NCBI GenBank assembly: GCA_000004985.1 | Contig: GG738862.1 | Origin: Naegleria gruberi | Lineage: Eukaryota | Strand: one strand, 5' to 3' | Length of the DNA: 64,000 bases | In this document: one piece after another, positions 21,157 to 30,971 of the stretch | How positions within the stretch are numbered: the first letter of the stretch is position 1 | Layout of the letters: each line of letters begins with the position of its first letter | The notes under the pieces: model-generated | Database searches by the model: none | Seen by the model: only the letters and a program-made list of their open reading frames with translations | What the model was told of the DNA's origin: nothing | Program-made: the position numbers and the translations under genes

Positions 21157-22332
21157 ATGGGCAAACATAATAAGAAAAAGAACAATCAAGCAAAACAACA
21201 ACACCAACAACAAGAACCACCAAACAAGAAAAACAAGACCGAACCATCTTCCCAACCAATTTATGATCTGAGTAGCTCTGCAAGTGATGCAAACTCATCC
21301 GACACAACAGTCGTTTCTCCAGTTTCAATTAATTCTCCTTCCATTGGTCCTTTAAATGTTGTTTCCAATGATCAGCAAAAGAATTTTTATGAAGATATGG
21401 CTAAGACAGCATCCTCTTTAGAAAAAATGATGACTTTATTTGGTTCTTATAACCAGAAATTGGAACAATCCTCAAAGATTGTTAATGCATCTTCCATTAA
21501 TTTGGAAAAATCTGCAAAGGAATTGGAAAAATTGTGTCAAATCAAAGCAGAAAATGAAAAATTGAAGAAAGAGGCAGCTACTCACATGAAAGAAATACAA
21601 GATAATGAAACCAAGTTAAAGAGATTGAACCAAGCCGAACAAAAGAATGTTGCGTTGGAAAAAGAAAACTCCACTTTGAAGGAACAAGCGAAATCTGTTA
21701 TGGAAAAAGTAAACCAAATCCAAACAGAAAACGAGAAGTTAACACAAGAAAACAAGAGGATTTTAGAAAATGAAATTCAATGTTTGGAATCTATTAGAAG
21801 TAAGGATATGGAAATTCTTTCATTGAAGAATAGAAAGGATTTTCAAGTATCAGATTCCAAGACAGAGGAGTTAGTTTCAGAGATGAGTCGTCTTACAGAT
21901 AATGCTAATAATTTGGTGTTTGATCTCATAGTTAATCTCAATGAAGATGATGAAACCTCTAAGTGGGTAGAAATGGTTCTTTCAACAGTGATCAACAAAA
22001 GCAGTCAACTATCAGAAGAGGAATTGAGTGAAGCTATTCTTGCCAAAAGTTATACAAAAGCATGGCAAGAATTCGCAAGTGCTCTTAACAACAACCCACA
22101 TCTGCAAGCTAAGATGAAGAATGATGCACCATTCCAATCAATCTTCCAACAACTCGTCAAGTCAAGTTGCAGGATTGTTGACATTTGCGAGAAATCAACT
22201 GTCCCAAAATTCAAACGTGACTGGTCATCATCATCTGACAAAGTCTGCATTGTGCCAGCAGTTGTAATTGACACGGACAACAAACGTGTTGTTGTGGTTG
22301 ATGGTCGTCACGTTGAAAAGTCGTCAAAATAA
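21157..22332 (+). CDS. coiled-coil protein, member of a local paralog family with a shared C-terminal domain (391 aa)
   Basis: ATG at 21157. Long heptad region (EKLKKEAATHMKEIQDNETKLKRLNQAEQKNVALEKENSTLKEQ...). The C-terminal segment SDSKTEELVSEMSRLTDNANNLVFDLIVNL...CRIVDICEKSTVPKFKRDWSSSSDKVCIVPAVVIDTDNKRVVVVDG is homologous to 32921-33631 and shares the [IF]PK[FI]..W...C..P motif with the other members. Confidence 0.6.
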   Translation: MGKHNKKKNNQAKQQHQQQEPPNKKNKTEPSSQPIYDLSSSASDANSSDTTVVSPVSINSPSIGPLNVVSNDQQKNFYEDMAKTASSLEKMMTLFGSYNQKLEQSSKIVNASSINLEKSAKELEKLCQIKAENEKLKKEAATHMKEIQDNETKLKRLNQAEQKNVALEKENSTLKEQAKSVMEKVNQIQTENEKLTQENKRILENEIQCLESIRSKDMEILSLKNRKDFQVSDSKTEELVSEMSRLTDNANNLVFDLIVNLNEDDETSKWVEMVLSTVINKSSQLSEEELSEAILAKSYTKAWQEFASALNNNPHLQAKMKNDAPFQSIFQQLVKSSCRIVDICEKSTVPKFKRDWSSSSDKVCIVPAVVIDTDNKRVVVVDGRHVEKSSK

Positions 22333-22353
22333 ACAAAAATTCACGAATTAAAA

Positions 22354-23895
22354 ATGTCTTTAACTGATGATGCTCTTTGTCAGAAATACTTTGGATCAAA
22401 ATTTGGTTTTTGTTCTCCATTTTACTTTGTTGTTCAAAACATTACGAATACAGTTCAAAAGTATAGCAAATCATCGATCTCTAGTACAATTAAAGATGAT
22501 GTACATGTTTCCAATTACTTAATTCTTGCTGACATATTGAAAGAGAATGGAAAACAAAACTGTTGTTTTCATGATGAAGCTTTCGAGCTATTTAAGAGCA
22601 ACATCTCCAGATTCATTGATCCTGATTCACCAAAGGAGCAATTAAATTCAATCAGCAAAAAGTATTTTGATTGTGAGTACAAAAAGTTGATGGACAACAT
22701 TACAGAAATGCTGAGCAGAAGTATTCCTCTAACTTCTTTTTCCAAAAATCAGCAAGTCCTTTCGAATTATCCCACTTTGGCAGATAAGATTGCAGAGGAT
22801 AAAAGCCAGACTGCTCACACTGTTTTCAAATTCTTACAATGTAATACTAATTTCTTTGAAGCCGTAGAGGACAATTCAGGAAAAACTCAAACAAGTGTTG
22901 GCTCTCAGGTCAATAATTCAACTTCTTCCCGTTCAACCATTGCTAGCTCTGCAACTAGCACTCCAAAAACCAATGCTAATACAACCAGAACTCCAACCTA
23001 CAGTAATAGTAACTACTCTGCTTTTAACTCAAATCAACCAAGTACCAATAATGATCCGAAGCCTGTTTCAATTGATGATTTTAGAAAAGTTATTAGTGAG
23101 GAGGTAAAGACCAGTATGGAACAAATCTTTGAGAGGTTCAAGAACTTCAGCTCCAATAACAATATTAATGCTGAGAATGAAGAGCTCAAGAAAAAACTTA
23201 CTGCAGAGGAGGAGAAGAATGGGGCACTGTCCTTAGAAATTGCAAATTTGAAACAACAAATGACAAAACTCAAAGAAGAAAATGCTATTCAATTACAAAT
23301 TAATGCAGATCAAAATCAAAAAATCTCAAATCTCTCATTGCTCGTTGAACAAAAGGAGAATTCTCAAAGACTCTTAGATTTAGGCGTGGTTTCTAATACC
23401 AAAACAGATCAGATTATTGATATGGCTAAGAGGGGGCTTTCAGAAATTAATGACAAAATTATCAATACTGTACTTGGTGCAGGTATTGAAGATTCCCAAG
23501 GAATTCTATTGGAAAAGTTTATGAAGATCTCTTTCTCACATGCTTTTTATTGTGCTTTCGATTCATTTGAGTCTGTTGTTGATTGTGCTTTCAGAAAGCT
23601 AATTACCTACATGAGTGAATCATTGCCTGGTTTAAAAACAGAGCAAACAGAAACAATTTTTACGGAATTCAAGGTTTCTCTTCAAAGTATGTTCTCTCTT
23701 ATCCATCAAATACCAAAGAATCTCAATATTAGATTTGATTTTTCAAGTGATATCAGAACTATGCATGTGGAAGAGATGACACAAGGAACTGGACAACCTG
23801 TAGCTACCGAATATTATTGCTTATTCCCTTCTCTTTATCATGGAGAGAGTTTGATAGAAAAAGGTTACGTTTTAAAGCTCACCAAGTATCAATAA
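22354..23895 (+). CDS. coiled-coil protein, paralog family member (513 aa)
   Basis: ATG at 22354. S/T/N-rich linker, coiled coil (ENEELKKKLTAEEEKNGALSLEIANLKQQMTKLKEENAIQLQ). C-terminus ...LNIRFDFSSD...YYCLFPSLYHGESLIEKGYVLKLTKYQ, closely matching the C-terminus of the 27701-28789 gene (FFCLFPTLYFGENVHVKGRVLEVKYLH). Confidence 0.6.
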   Translation: MSLTDDALCQKYFGSKFGFCSPFYFVVQNITNTVQKYSKSSISSTIKDDVHVSNYLILADILKENGKQNCCFHDEAFELFKSNISRFIDPDSPKEQLNSISKKYFDCEYKKLMDNITEMLSRSIPLTSFSKNQQVLSNYPTLADKIAEDKSQTAHTVFKFLQCNTNFFEAVEDNSGKTQTSVGSQVNNSTSSRSTIASSATSTPKTNANTTRTPTYSNSNYSAFNSNQPSTNNDPKPVSIDDFRKVISEEVKTSMEQIFERFKNFSSNNNINAENEELKKKLTAEEEKNGALSLEIANLKQQMTKLKEENAIQLQINADQNQKISNLSLLVEQKENSQRLLDLGVVSNTKTDQIIDMAKRGLSEINDKIINTVLGAGIEDSQGILLEKFMKISFSHAFYCAFDSFESVVDCAFRKLITYMSESLPGLKTEQTETIFTEFKVSLQSMFSLIHQIPKNLNIRFDFSSDIRTMHVEEMTQGTGQPVATEYYCLFPSLYHGESLIEKGYVLKLTKYQ

Positions 23896-23935
23896 TAGAA
23901 TGATGTAAACTAATTGTATTATTACATTACCCAAT

Positions 23936-25198
23936 TTATTTTTTCATTCTCTTGATTCTCTTGAATGCTGTTCCAATCAGCTCAGCCTTCTTATTTTCTC
24001 CAAGAACTAAAGCAGGAAGCACTGAAACAATCTCCTCTTCAGGTTGACTGGAATTCTCTTCTGAGATCTCTTTAACATCAACATAATCTACATAACCGAT
24101 AAGTTTGAAGCTTTTGGAGGAATAGATTTCACCATCAATTCCAATCCAAAGAAGAGAAATCTTTGGGAATCGCAATGATTGTGTTGCTTGTTCCAAATCT
24201 TTGGCCATTGAAACAATTTCAGAAAAGATGGATTCTCCAGTGAGGAGCATGTTCTTGCATTCATCGTTTTCTGCAGAGTTTAGGAATTTGTTCCAAGAGA
24301 TTTCAAACAGTTCCTTCTTTTCAATAGTTGGATTTTCAAATAAGCATTGGAAAATTGTATTGGAAAGGTAGTAAAGATACTTTTCATAGATTTCAGGAAG
24401 TCCAGTTTCCATTATGAAATCAAAACATTTTGAATCAATATTGGTTATCAATTTTGTACATTTCTCTACAACTTCTTGAGCTTGACTGTTGATGACCTCA
24501 CCAGAGTTGAGAAGTTCCATTGATCTTTGTAATGTTTGGAGATTGAGAATAGCTGCTTCTTTCTCTTTTATCAATTCTTGAATTCTTTCATCTTTTTCTT
24601 TGATTTCAATCTCAGCTTTCATTCTTGATTGATTCTCTTGGTTTAGTTCTCTTCTCACCTTCTCTAATTCTGTATGAGTTTGAGCTAGCTCTTTTGTTAG
24701 TGTGCTGAATCTGATTTCTAACGACTCGTTTTCATTCTTTTGCTGCTTCAATTCATCAACCAATTTTGACATAAAATTGTCAATCAAATTTACCTTTTCA
24801 ACAAGGCCATCAGAAGAGCTAACTTTGATATTTAGTTTCTCAATAATTTTATCAACTGCCTTTGTGATATTCTCATTGTCTAATGTAACACTTTTAAACT
24901 TCTCTTTAATTTCATTGGTAATAGTGATGGAGCCAGATCCTTGATAGGAAATCCTTACGAAAGGTTCACTGTTGGTTGTTGATTTCTCAAGCAGATCACT
25001 AGTTTCCTTTAGAATATCTAATAGTGTATCTCTCTTTACAATCGAATAACCTTCATTTAGAACAATGGATGAAAAATAAGTTTGTTTATCTGGAACTAGA
25101 TATTGTACATTGCAAAGAAGTTGCAACTCTTGCTTTATTTCTTCCTCTGGAGTAATATTTTTCTTGGCAGTATCAGAGGTAGTAGCTTTCTGTCCCAT
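23936..25198 (-). CDS. coiled-coil protein, paralog family member (420 aa)
   Basis: ATG at 25196-25198. Coiled coil (LKQQKNENESLEIRFSTLTKELAQTHTELEKVRRELNQENQSRMKAEIEIKEKDERIQELIKEKEAAILNLQ). C-terminal FPKISLLWIGIDGEIYSSKSFKLIGYVDYVDV resembles the family motif. Confidence 0.55.
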   Translation of the reverse strand: MGQKATTSDTAKKNITPEEEIKQELQLLCNVQYLVPDKQTYFSSIVLNEGYSIVKRDTLLDILKETSDLLEKSTTNSEPFVRISYQGSGSITITNEIKEKFKSVTLDNENITKAVDKIIEKLNIKVSSSDGLVEKVNLIDNFMSKLVDELKQQKNENESLEIRFSTLTKELAQTHTELEKVRRELNQENQSRMKAEIEIKEKDERIQELIKEKEAAILNLQTLQRSMELLNSGEVINSQAQEVVEKCTKLITNIDSKCFDFIMETGLPEIYEKYLYYLSNTIFQCLFENPTIEKKELFEISWNKFLNSAENDECKNMLLTGESIFSEIVSMAKDLEQATQSLRFPKISLLWIGIDGEIYSSKSFKLIGYVDYVDVKEISEENSSQPEEEIVSVLPALVLGENKKAELIGTAFKRIKRMKK

Positions 25199-25293
25199 TT
25201 TTTATTGCTTGGGAATTGTCAAATACGTCAAATGTCTAAGAGTCATATTTTGCATGTCATCACGTTACAACTATTAATTCACCTTTCAAAAAA

Positions 25294-27683
25294 ATGTACA
25301 TTGCTGATACACTCCACAAGTCCATCGTAGCATTCACCAAATCAACCCATGACAACGTTCAACCAGCACACTTGGAAGAACTCTTAAATTCTCTCCATTC
25401 AAACTTGGTTCAATTGACCAATTCTGAAGGAATGACAAGTTTGATCATTAGAGAATTTGCTCTACATGTCATTCTTCAATGGTTTTCAAAAGGAGAAGAT
25501 TTGGAAAATTTGCTCTCTGGAAATTGTAAATTTCAAGTTCTTTACATTTTGAAAAGCTTTTTGAAAGTCTCAGATCCAAATAATGTTGTTTGTAGCAGTG
25601 TTATTGTCTTGTTGCATTTGAAAAGAAGTTTTATGGAAAGATCTAAATTTAAATCGATTTTGGAAGAACCAGAGAGTTTGTCTAAACTTTTAGACTTGAA
25701 GAAACAATTCGAATCAATGATTGAAGAGCCGCTTCAGGTAAGTTTCATGTAGAAGGTTAAATTCATTAATTCAATAATTAGGGAAGTGGAAACTTTGATT
25801 TATTGATCAACATGTTGAAAAAATCCAAAGATTCAACAGAGAGAGAATTAATTATTGATATAATTACATCTCTTCCATCAAAAGTTCTTAAAATGATTTC
25901 GAATAGAAGCATGTCATATATTATTGAATTGGCCAAATCAATGGAAATTGAAAAGTCAGACGAAAATGATATTCATTGGGCTGATAAGATTACAACTCCA
26001 ATTTCTGTGAATCGAGCAGGGACAGAGCAAAAGAAGTGTATTCAATGTCTATGTGAAAAATTAGACGAAAAAGTTAGTCAATTACTTGCTGATTTCTCAT
26101 ATTGGGTTATTGAAACTAAAGGTGTATTTAGAGATTCCATTAGTGTTTTCATTGAATGCTTCGAAAGATATGGAATTGACAATGACAAGTTGTCACAAGA
26201 ACAGCAAGCAACAAATTTAGTAAGATTACTCTCCCGTATGAAATTCTTATCAGAATCAGGGTTCACATTGCCCAAATCGTTAGGTGAATTCATCAATAGA
26301 AGAAAAAATATAGTCATGTTTATTAAGAGCAACGATGAAATGAGAGTTTATTTTATTGAACATTTTGGTGAAAAGTATTTGACAATAGGTCAAGAAAATC
26401 AAATCAATACTCCTAAAACAGATCAAGAGCTTTTCAAATATGTTAAACCAACAATCAATTCATCCTCTATATCAATGCTCATCTCCCAGAATTTGGATTT
26501 TGAAACTCAACAAAAAGCTCAGCAATTCGAAACAACCCTGCAAGACATTAGACAAGATTCAGATAGTGATGTAATCATGCACGATGAATTCAATCTTCCA
26601 ATTGTTTGTAGCTCTTCAGACATAATGCCAAGTAGTAATACTCACCCACCTGCTACACACCAAACAGTCAACTTGTTAACAAATGGTTTATTGAATGAAA
26701 ATGGTTACAATACAAGATTAGAAAAACAGGAACCTCAAGTAATTCAACCTTTGAAAGTTCAATCATTCAGAAAATCTTGTGAAATTGAATCTTTTCCTTT
26801 TCAGGGTGACTTTACATTTGTTCAAGAAATTACCAGTTCCTTATTTAGTAACGTTTCAGATGTTAAGATTTCATACAAGAACAAATACATTATTGTTAGC
26901 AATAGTAATAATGGCAAAAATCAATTGCTTTTCTTTGATTTAAATACCAAAGAGTTAAAGAAGAACATTTCCTTTTTCGACAACATTAATGGAATAGCTA
27001 TTGAGAGAAATTTTGATGGACGAAACGATGCCATCATCTTGTCCACTGAAGAAAAGGTCCTCAAGTTCGATATTTCCAAACTAGTTCTCAATGGCACCGA
27101 CAAGAACTATCTATGGAGCAAAAAGTTGGAAATCACCTCTCGTTTTGCAGTCAAGAACGCTAAACTAGCAGCACTAACAATTCTCCACTCACCACACACA
27201 GAGAAAAAAGTAGAAAATGTTGTTTTCGTTTGTGATACCTCTTTCAATTGTATTCATATTTTGAGAAGCTCTGATGGAAAGATTTTAAAGAGAATTGGTG
27301 GAATTAACTCTACTGATAAGATGTCAATGTTTCATCCTAATTGGATTGACATTGATAGAGAGAGCTCTGAATTGGTAATATCAGAAACTATGTCGAATAA
27401 TGTTAGAGTGTTATTGGAAAGTTCTGAAACTAAAACTATTGAGACAAGATGTTTGCCAACCAAATTTAAACAAGTTGGAGGTATTGTATATGACAATTAT
27501 ACAAAAAACATTATAGTTTCAGATGTGATTGAGAATAGTATTCAAATATTCAATGCTATTGGAAACAGGGTGAATATATTGGCAGGGCAGGTCCATCATC
27601 CAAAGAGTTTATGTATCAATGAAGAAACAGGTGAATTGTATGTAAACGATTCAGGAAACAAGAGAATTGTAATTTACAAATAA
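25294..27683 (+). CDS. hypothetical protein with C-terminal NHL-like beta-propeller repeats (2 exons, ~781 aa)
   Basis: Exon 1 25294-25737 (ATG at 25294, ends ...EEPLQ). A 44-nt intron (GTAAGTTTCATG...AATAATTAG) spans ~25738-25781. Exon 2 is 25782-27683, in phase (GSGNFDLLINMLKKSKD...). The C-terminal third has NHL-like units (NNVRVLLESS, NSIQIFNAIG, DSGNKRIVIYK). Track ORFs 25294-25752 and 25803-27683 are the two exons. Confidence 0.6.
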
Positions 27684-27700
27684 TTTGTTTCTAATAAAAC

Positions 27701-28789
27701 TTAGTGTAAATACTTTACTTCTAGAACTCTTCCTTTCACGTGTACATTCTCTCCAAAATAAAGGGTTGGAAATAAACAAAAGAATTCTACCTTTTCAATT
27801 TGTGTGCCAGAACCGATAGTTACAGAACCATCGATTAAATGATTGTGTTTAGTTGACTTTTCGAACCATTCTAGACGAATGTTATATCCAAGCTCGAGAT
27901 TGTGAATTCTCTCAATAATACCATTCATAAATACTCGAAGTTCATGTAAGTGTTTTTCTGGAACCATTTTGTGAATATTATTAGTATTGATCAATTGGAT
28001 TAACTTTTGTTCTGCAAAGGAGACTAAAGTTAACGAATCATTCTGAGCTTGTGAAAATGCAGAACATATTGACATACACAAACTCTTCTCAATAAGAGAA
28101 CAAGTTTCTTCGCTAATATTAGGAATTGATAATAAGTAATTTACAACATCATTCTGAATGTTACTGATCTCTCTCGATGCCCTATCTAGTATCAATTCCA
28201 CATTCGAATTTGAAACTAATCCTTTCGAAATTAGATTTTCAGATAATTCTTTTTGTTGCGTGAGTGAATCCAACCAAGCCAAAAGTTCCAATTCTTTTTT
28301 TCGTAATAGTTCAATTTCTTCATCTTTCTTCTTTATCATTTCTTCTTGTTGTTCCATTCGAATCTTGATAGATTTTACAAGACTATCAGCTGAGCACTGT
28401 TGCAATTGATCAGAATCCAAAGAGCTTGTTTCAATTATTGCTAACCCTTCCGAACACAATTGTTCATCCAACAAAATTAGAAATTTTAATTCTGAATTAT
28501 TTTCACTACTCTCGCAAAAACATGAAACATTTGCTGGAGTTTGGTTTCTTGTTTTTAGGTACTTGATGATTAGTTGAGTGTTGGGATTTTCCATCTCGTT
28601 TTGAAAAAGGCTCCAAGCTTTTGCCATCTGTTTCCACATTTTTTTAATAATAGATTTGACAAGTTGTTGCAATTCCCAACTGTCACTTATCATATGTCTT
28701 CTCCCAAGTCTCAAAAACAAACGTGATGTCAAAGTGTAAAACAAAGAAAAAAACAACTCAATGGTACACATAGCCCGTACTATTACCAT
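27701..28789 (-). CDS. coiled-coil protein, paralog family member; true start probably an internal Met (~28696)
   Basis: The upstream ATG at 28787-28789 overlaps the divergent + gene start at 28761. The first 31 residues (MVIVRAMCTIELFF...) read like antisense translation; MISDSWELQQ... is the more plausible start. Coiled coil (MEQQEEMIKKKDEEIELLRKKELELLAWLDSL). C-terminus YNIRLEWF...FFCLFPTLYFGENVHVKGRVLEVKYLH. Confidence 0.55.
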   Translation of the reverse strand: MVIVRAMCTIELFFSLFYTLTSRLFLRLGRRHMISDSWELQQLVKSIIKKMWKQMAKAWSLFQNEMENPNTQLIIKYLKTRNQTPANVSCFCESSENNSELKFLILLDEQLCSEGLAIIETSSLDSDQLQQCSADSLVKSIKIRMEQQEEMIKKKDEEIELLRKKELELLAWLDSLTQQKELSENLISKGLVSNSNVELILDRASREISNIQNDVVNYLLSIPNISEETCSLIEKSLCMSICSAFSQAQNDSLTLVSFAEQKLIQLINTNNIHKMVPEKHLHELRVFMNGIIERIHNLELGYNIRLEWFEKSTKHNHLIDGSVTIGSGTQIEKVEFFCLFPTLYFGENVHVKGRVLEVKYLH

Positions 28790-29258
28790 AGCTGTTGACT
28801 TTGGTACTTCTCGCTCTGGTTTCGCCTACATTAACCATGGTGAAGATGTGAAATCTGACATTAAAACCTACAAGAATTGGGACGGAGCAGCTGTTCCATA
28901 CGATAAGAATCTAACCCAGATATTATATAATCCAGATGGTGAACCAATTAGCTTTGGTTACAATGCCCCAAAGGAGTACAGCGAACTGATCTACCACCCT
29001 TCATGTGACATTTCTCAATATACCTTGTTCAAGTATTTCAAGATGCAATTACAAAAGAAAACTAATCCAGATGGTATTTTAAGAAATGAAGTAACTGGTA
29101 GGGAATTTGATCTTGTCGAAGTTATTGCTGATTACTTGGTTTATATTCGAAAGATTATTGAAAAAATTACAGGTATCGATTTGACTATTCACAAGGAGAA
29201 TGTTCGTTGGTGTTTTACAGTTCCAGCTATTGGGAAGATGAAGAGAAACAACAAACTA
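28761..29258 (+). CDS. HSPA12-like atypical Hsp70 ATPase, N-terminal fragment truncated by assembly gap
   Basis: MVHIARTITIAVDFGTSRSGFAY matches the HSPA12 N-terminal phosphate-1 motif. VRWCFTVPAIGK matches the HSPA12 RWVITVPAIW block. The frame runs straight into the N run at 29259. Confidence 0.65.
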
Positions 29259-29308
29259 NNNNNNNNNNNNNNNNNNNNNNNNNNNNNNNNNNNNNNNNNN
29301 NNNNNNNN
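29259..29308. other. assembly gap (50 N)
   Basis: A run of n characters; it truncates the HSPA12-like ORF on the left and precedes duplicated copy B. Confidence 0.95.
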
Positions 29309-29341
29309 ATAAAAAGATGATATGAAACAAAATTAGCTGAT

Positions 29342-29653
29342 TTGAAAAAGAAGCTAAAAGAACACGAAACAGGAATACAGGAACTAAAGGAACAACACAA
29401 AACACAATTAGAGGAGCAAATGGATCAATATGAAACACAATTAGAGGAGCAATTAAATCAATACCAAGAACAATTAGAAGAGGAAAGAGCTTACAAAACA
29501 AAATTAGAGGAGCAAATTGAAAGTATGGGCAAAAATATTCAATCATTGTCGTCTAAACTAGCTAATTATGAATTTGATAGTTTGGTAAAGCCAAACAAAA
29601 GATGTTCCTGTGATTGTTCAATATGTAAGGGATGTCAAAAACCTGTTTTTTAA
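29342..29653 (+). CDS. 5'-truncated copy of the coiled-coil gene 3' end (copy B of 13815-14522)
   Basis: Identical C-terminal 103 aa (...EHETGIQELKEQHKTQLEEQ...CSCDCSICKGCQKPVF). The upstream part is missing at the gap. Confidence 0.3.
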   Translation: MKKKLKEHETGIQELKEQHKTQLEEQMDQYETQLEEQLNQYQEQLEEERAYKTKLEEQIESMGKNIQSLSSKLANYEFDSLVKPNKRCSCDCSICKGCQKPVF

Positions 29654-29656
29654 TTC

Positions 29657-30358
29657 TTGACAATCTTCTATCCAATAAATACATTTCTCGTATTGATTAA
29701 TCTTGTTTTATTCTCAATACTATTTAACAGAGGTTCTTTCGTGTTGTCACAATTTTTTCTGAGGAAACCTTTTCAGATGTTTCATTTCAAGGTCGAAATT
29801 GATTATTGGTCTTTGTTTTTTTCCAAAAAAATGTTCATTCCGATTCCTTCATGGAGTGATGATCATCACGTGGTGAATAATCCTCCGATAAATGATGATC
29901 AATCCAGTGATGATCATGAAACGTCTACAAACAATTTAAATCATGTAAAATTTCCATCATATGATTATAGTTACCTTATTGAAAAACAAAAATTGGAGAA
30001 TACATTTAATACTGCATTTATTGGTGGTAATGATCAAACAGAGTTTAAGAAGTATGATAAATGTATTAGTAATTTTAAATTGGATTCAGTGTCATCTCAC
30101 TATTGCGAGAATAGTAAACCATACATATCAAATAACAAATACTTGAATGAACTCTATCATATTTATATTAATGATGAAAAAAAAATTGAATTGAATAATA
30201 TTAATCATTTTTACAATAATACTTGGAAGAATGTTAATTTGGAAAATGGGTGTATTCATTCTATTGAAAATCATTTAAGATCAGTTACTGTTTATGGAAA
30301 AAATACTAATTTTTTTGTTTTAAATACATTTGATAGATTTAAGGAGATGGATATTTAA
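29657..30358 (+). CDS. hypothetical protein, copy B of 14526-15591 (frame intact at 5' end, truncated by internal deletion)
   Basis: One continuous frame MTIFYP...EIDYWSLFFSKKMFIPIPSWSDDHH...DRFKEMDI-stop. The last residues arise from the ~520-nt deletion junction. Confidence 0.3.
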   Translation: MTIFYPINTFLVLINLVLFSILFNRGSFVLSQFFLRKPFQMFHFKVEIDYWSLFFSKKMFIPIPSWSDDHHVVNNPPINDDQSSDDHETSTNNLNHVKFPSYDYSYLIEKQKLENTFNTAFIGGNDQTEFKKYDKCISNFKLDSVSSHYCENSKPYISNNKYLNELYHIYINDEKKIELNNINHFYNNTWKNVNLENGCIHSIENHLRSVTVYGKNTNFFVLNTFDRFKEMDI

Positions 30359-30833
30359 AACTAACAATGATTTAAAAACGGTATTTCCATTTTTTAAATC
30401 AAAAAAGGACTTCTCTGATTTGGAGGTGCACAACATTTTGGGTCTGATTGCCAAATCAAGAAAAAGAAGAACACTACTAGATAACTTATTACCATCATGT
30501 ATAGAAATAGTTGGAGATAGTGTAAATTCTATTTGTTTTCTATTACAAGATTATACACTTTATATATCAAATGAAGTTAATCAAAAGCATAAGAAAATTT
30601 ATTCTGTAAATTTCTTAAAATTAAATTTAATAGATATTGGAATTCCATTAAAAGAATTAAGTTCAACCTCATTCCAAGATAGAAATTTAATTATTAAAAA
30701 TAGAGATGGAAACATATTGTTTGGAATTGAAAAAATACCCAAATTAACACATTCCTTAATTTCACATTGCAAATTATTATTTGAAAAATTGAAATTGAAT
30801 ATTTTAACTGATATTGACATTATTTTATGTTAA
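30330..30833 (+). CDS. hypothetical ORF, copy B of 15784-16197
   Basis: Same sequence as copy A, with an upstream extension created by the deletion. It has no internal ATG. Confidence 0.25.
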   Translation: MIDLRRWIFKTNNDLKTVFPFFKSKKDFSDLEVHNILGLIAKSRKRRTLLDNLLPSCIEIVGDSVNSICFLLQDYTLYISNEVNQKHKKIYSVNFLKLNLIDIGIPLKELSSTSFQDRNLIIKNRDGNILFGIEKIPKLTHSLISHCKLLFEKLKLNILTDIDIILC

Positions 30834-30971
30834 TTATTTTACAACTAACTAGAAATTTTTGATTTGTTGATAGAGGGAAGAGACAGGGAAAATACAGCAC
30901 GCATGGTACCTTCTGTAAATCACAACAATTAAAATACAAAAAATTGTGTAAATAATTATAATATTACAAAC

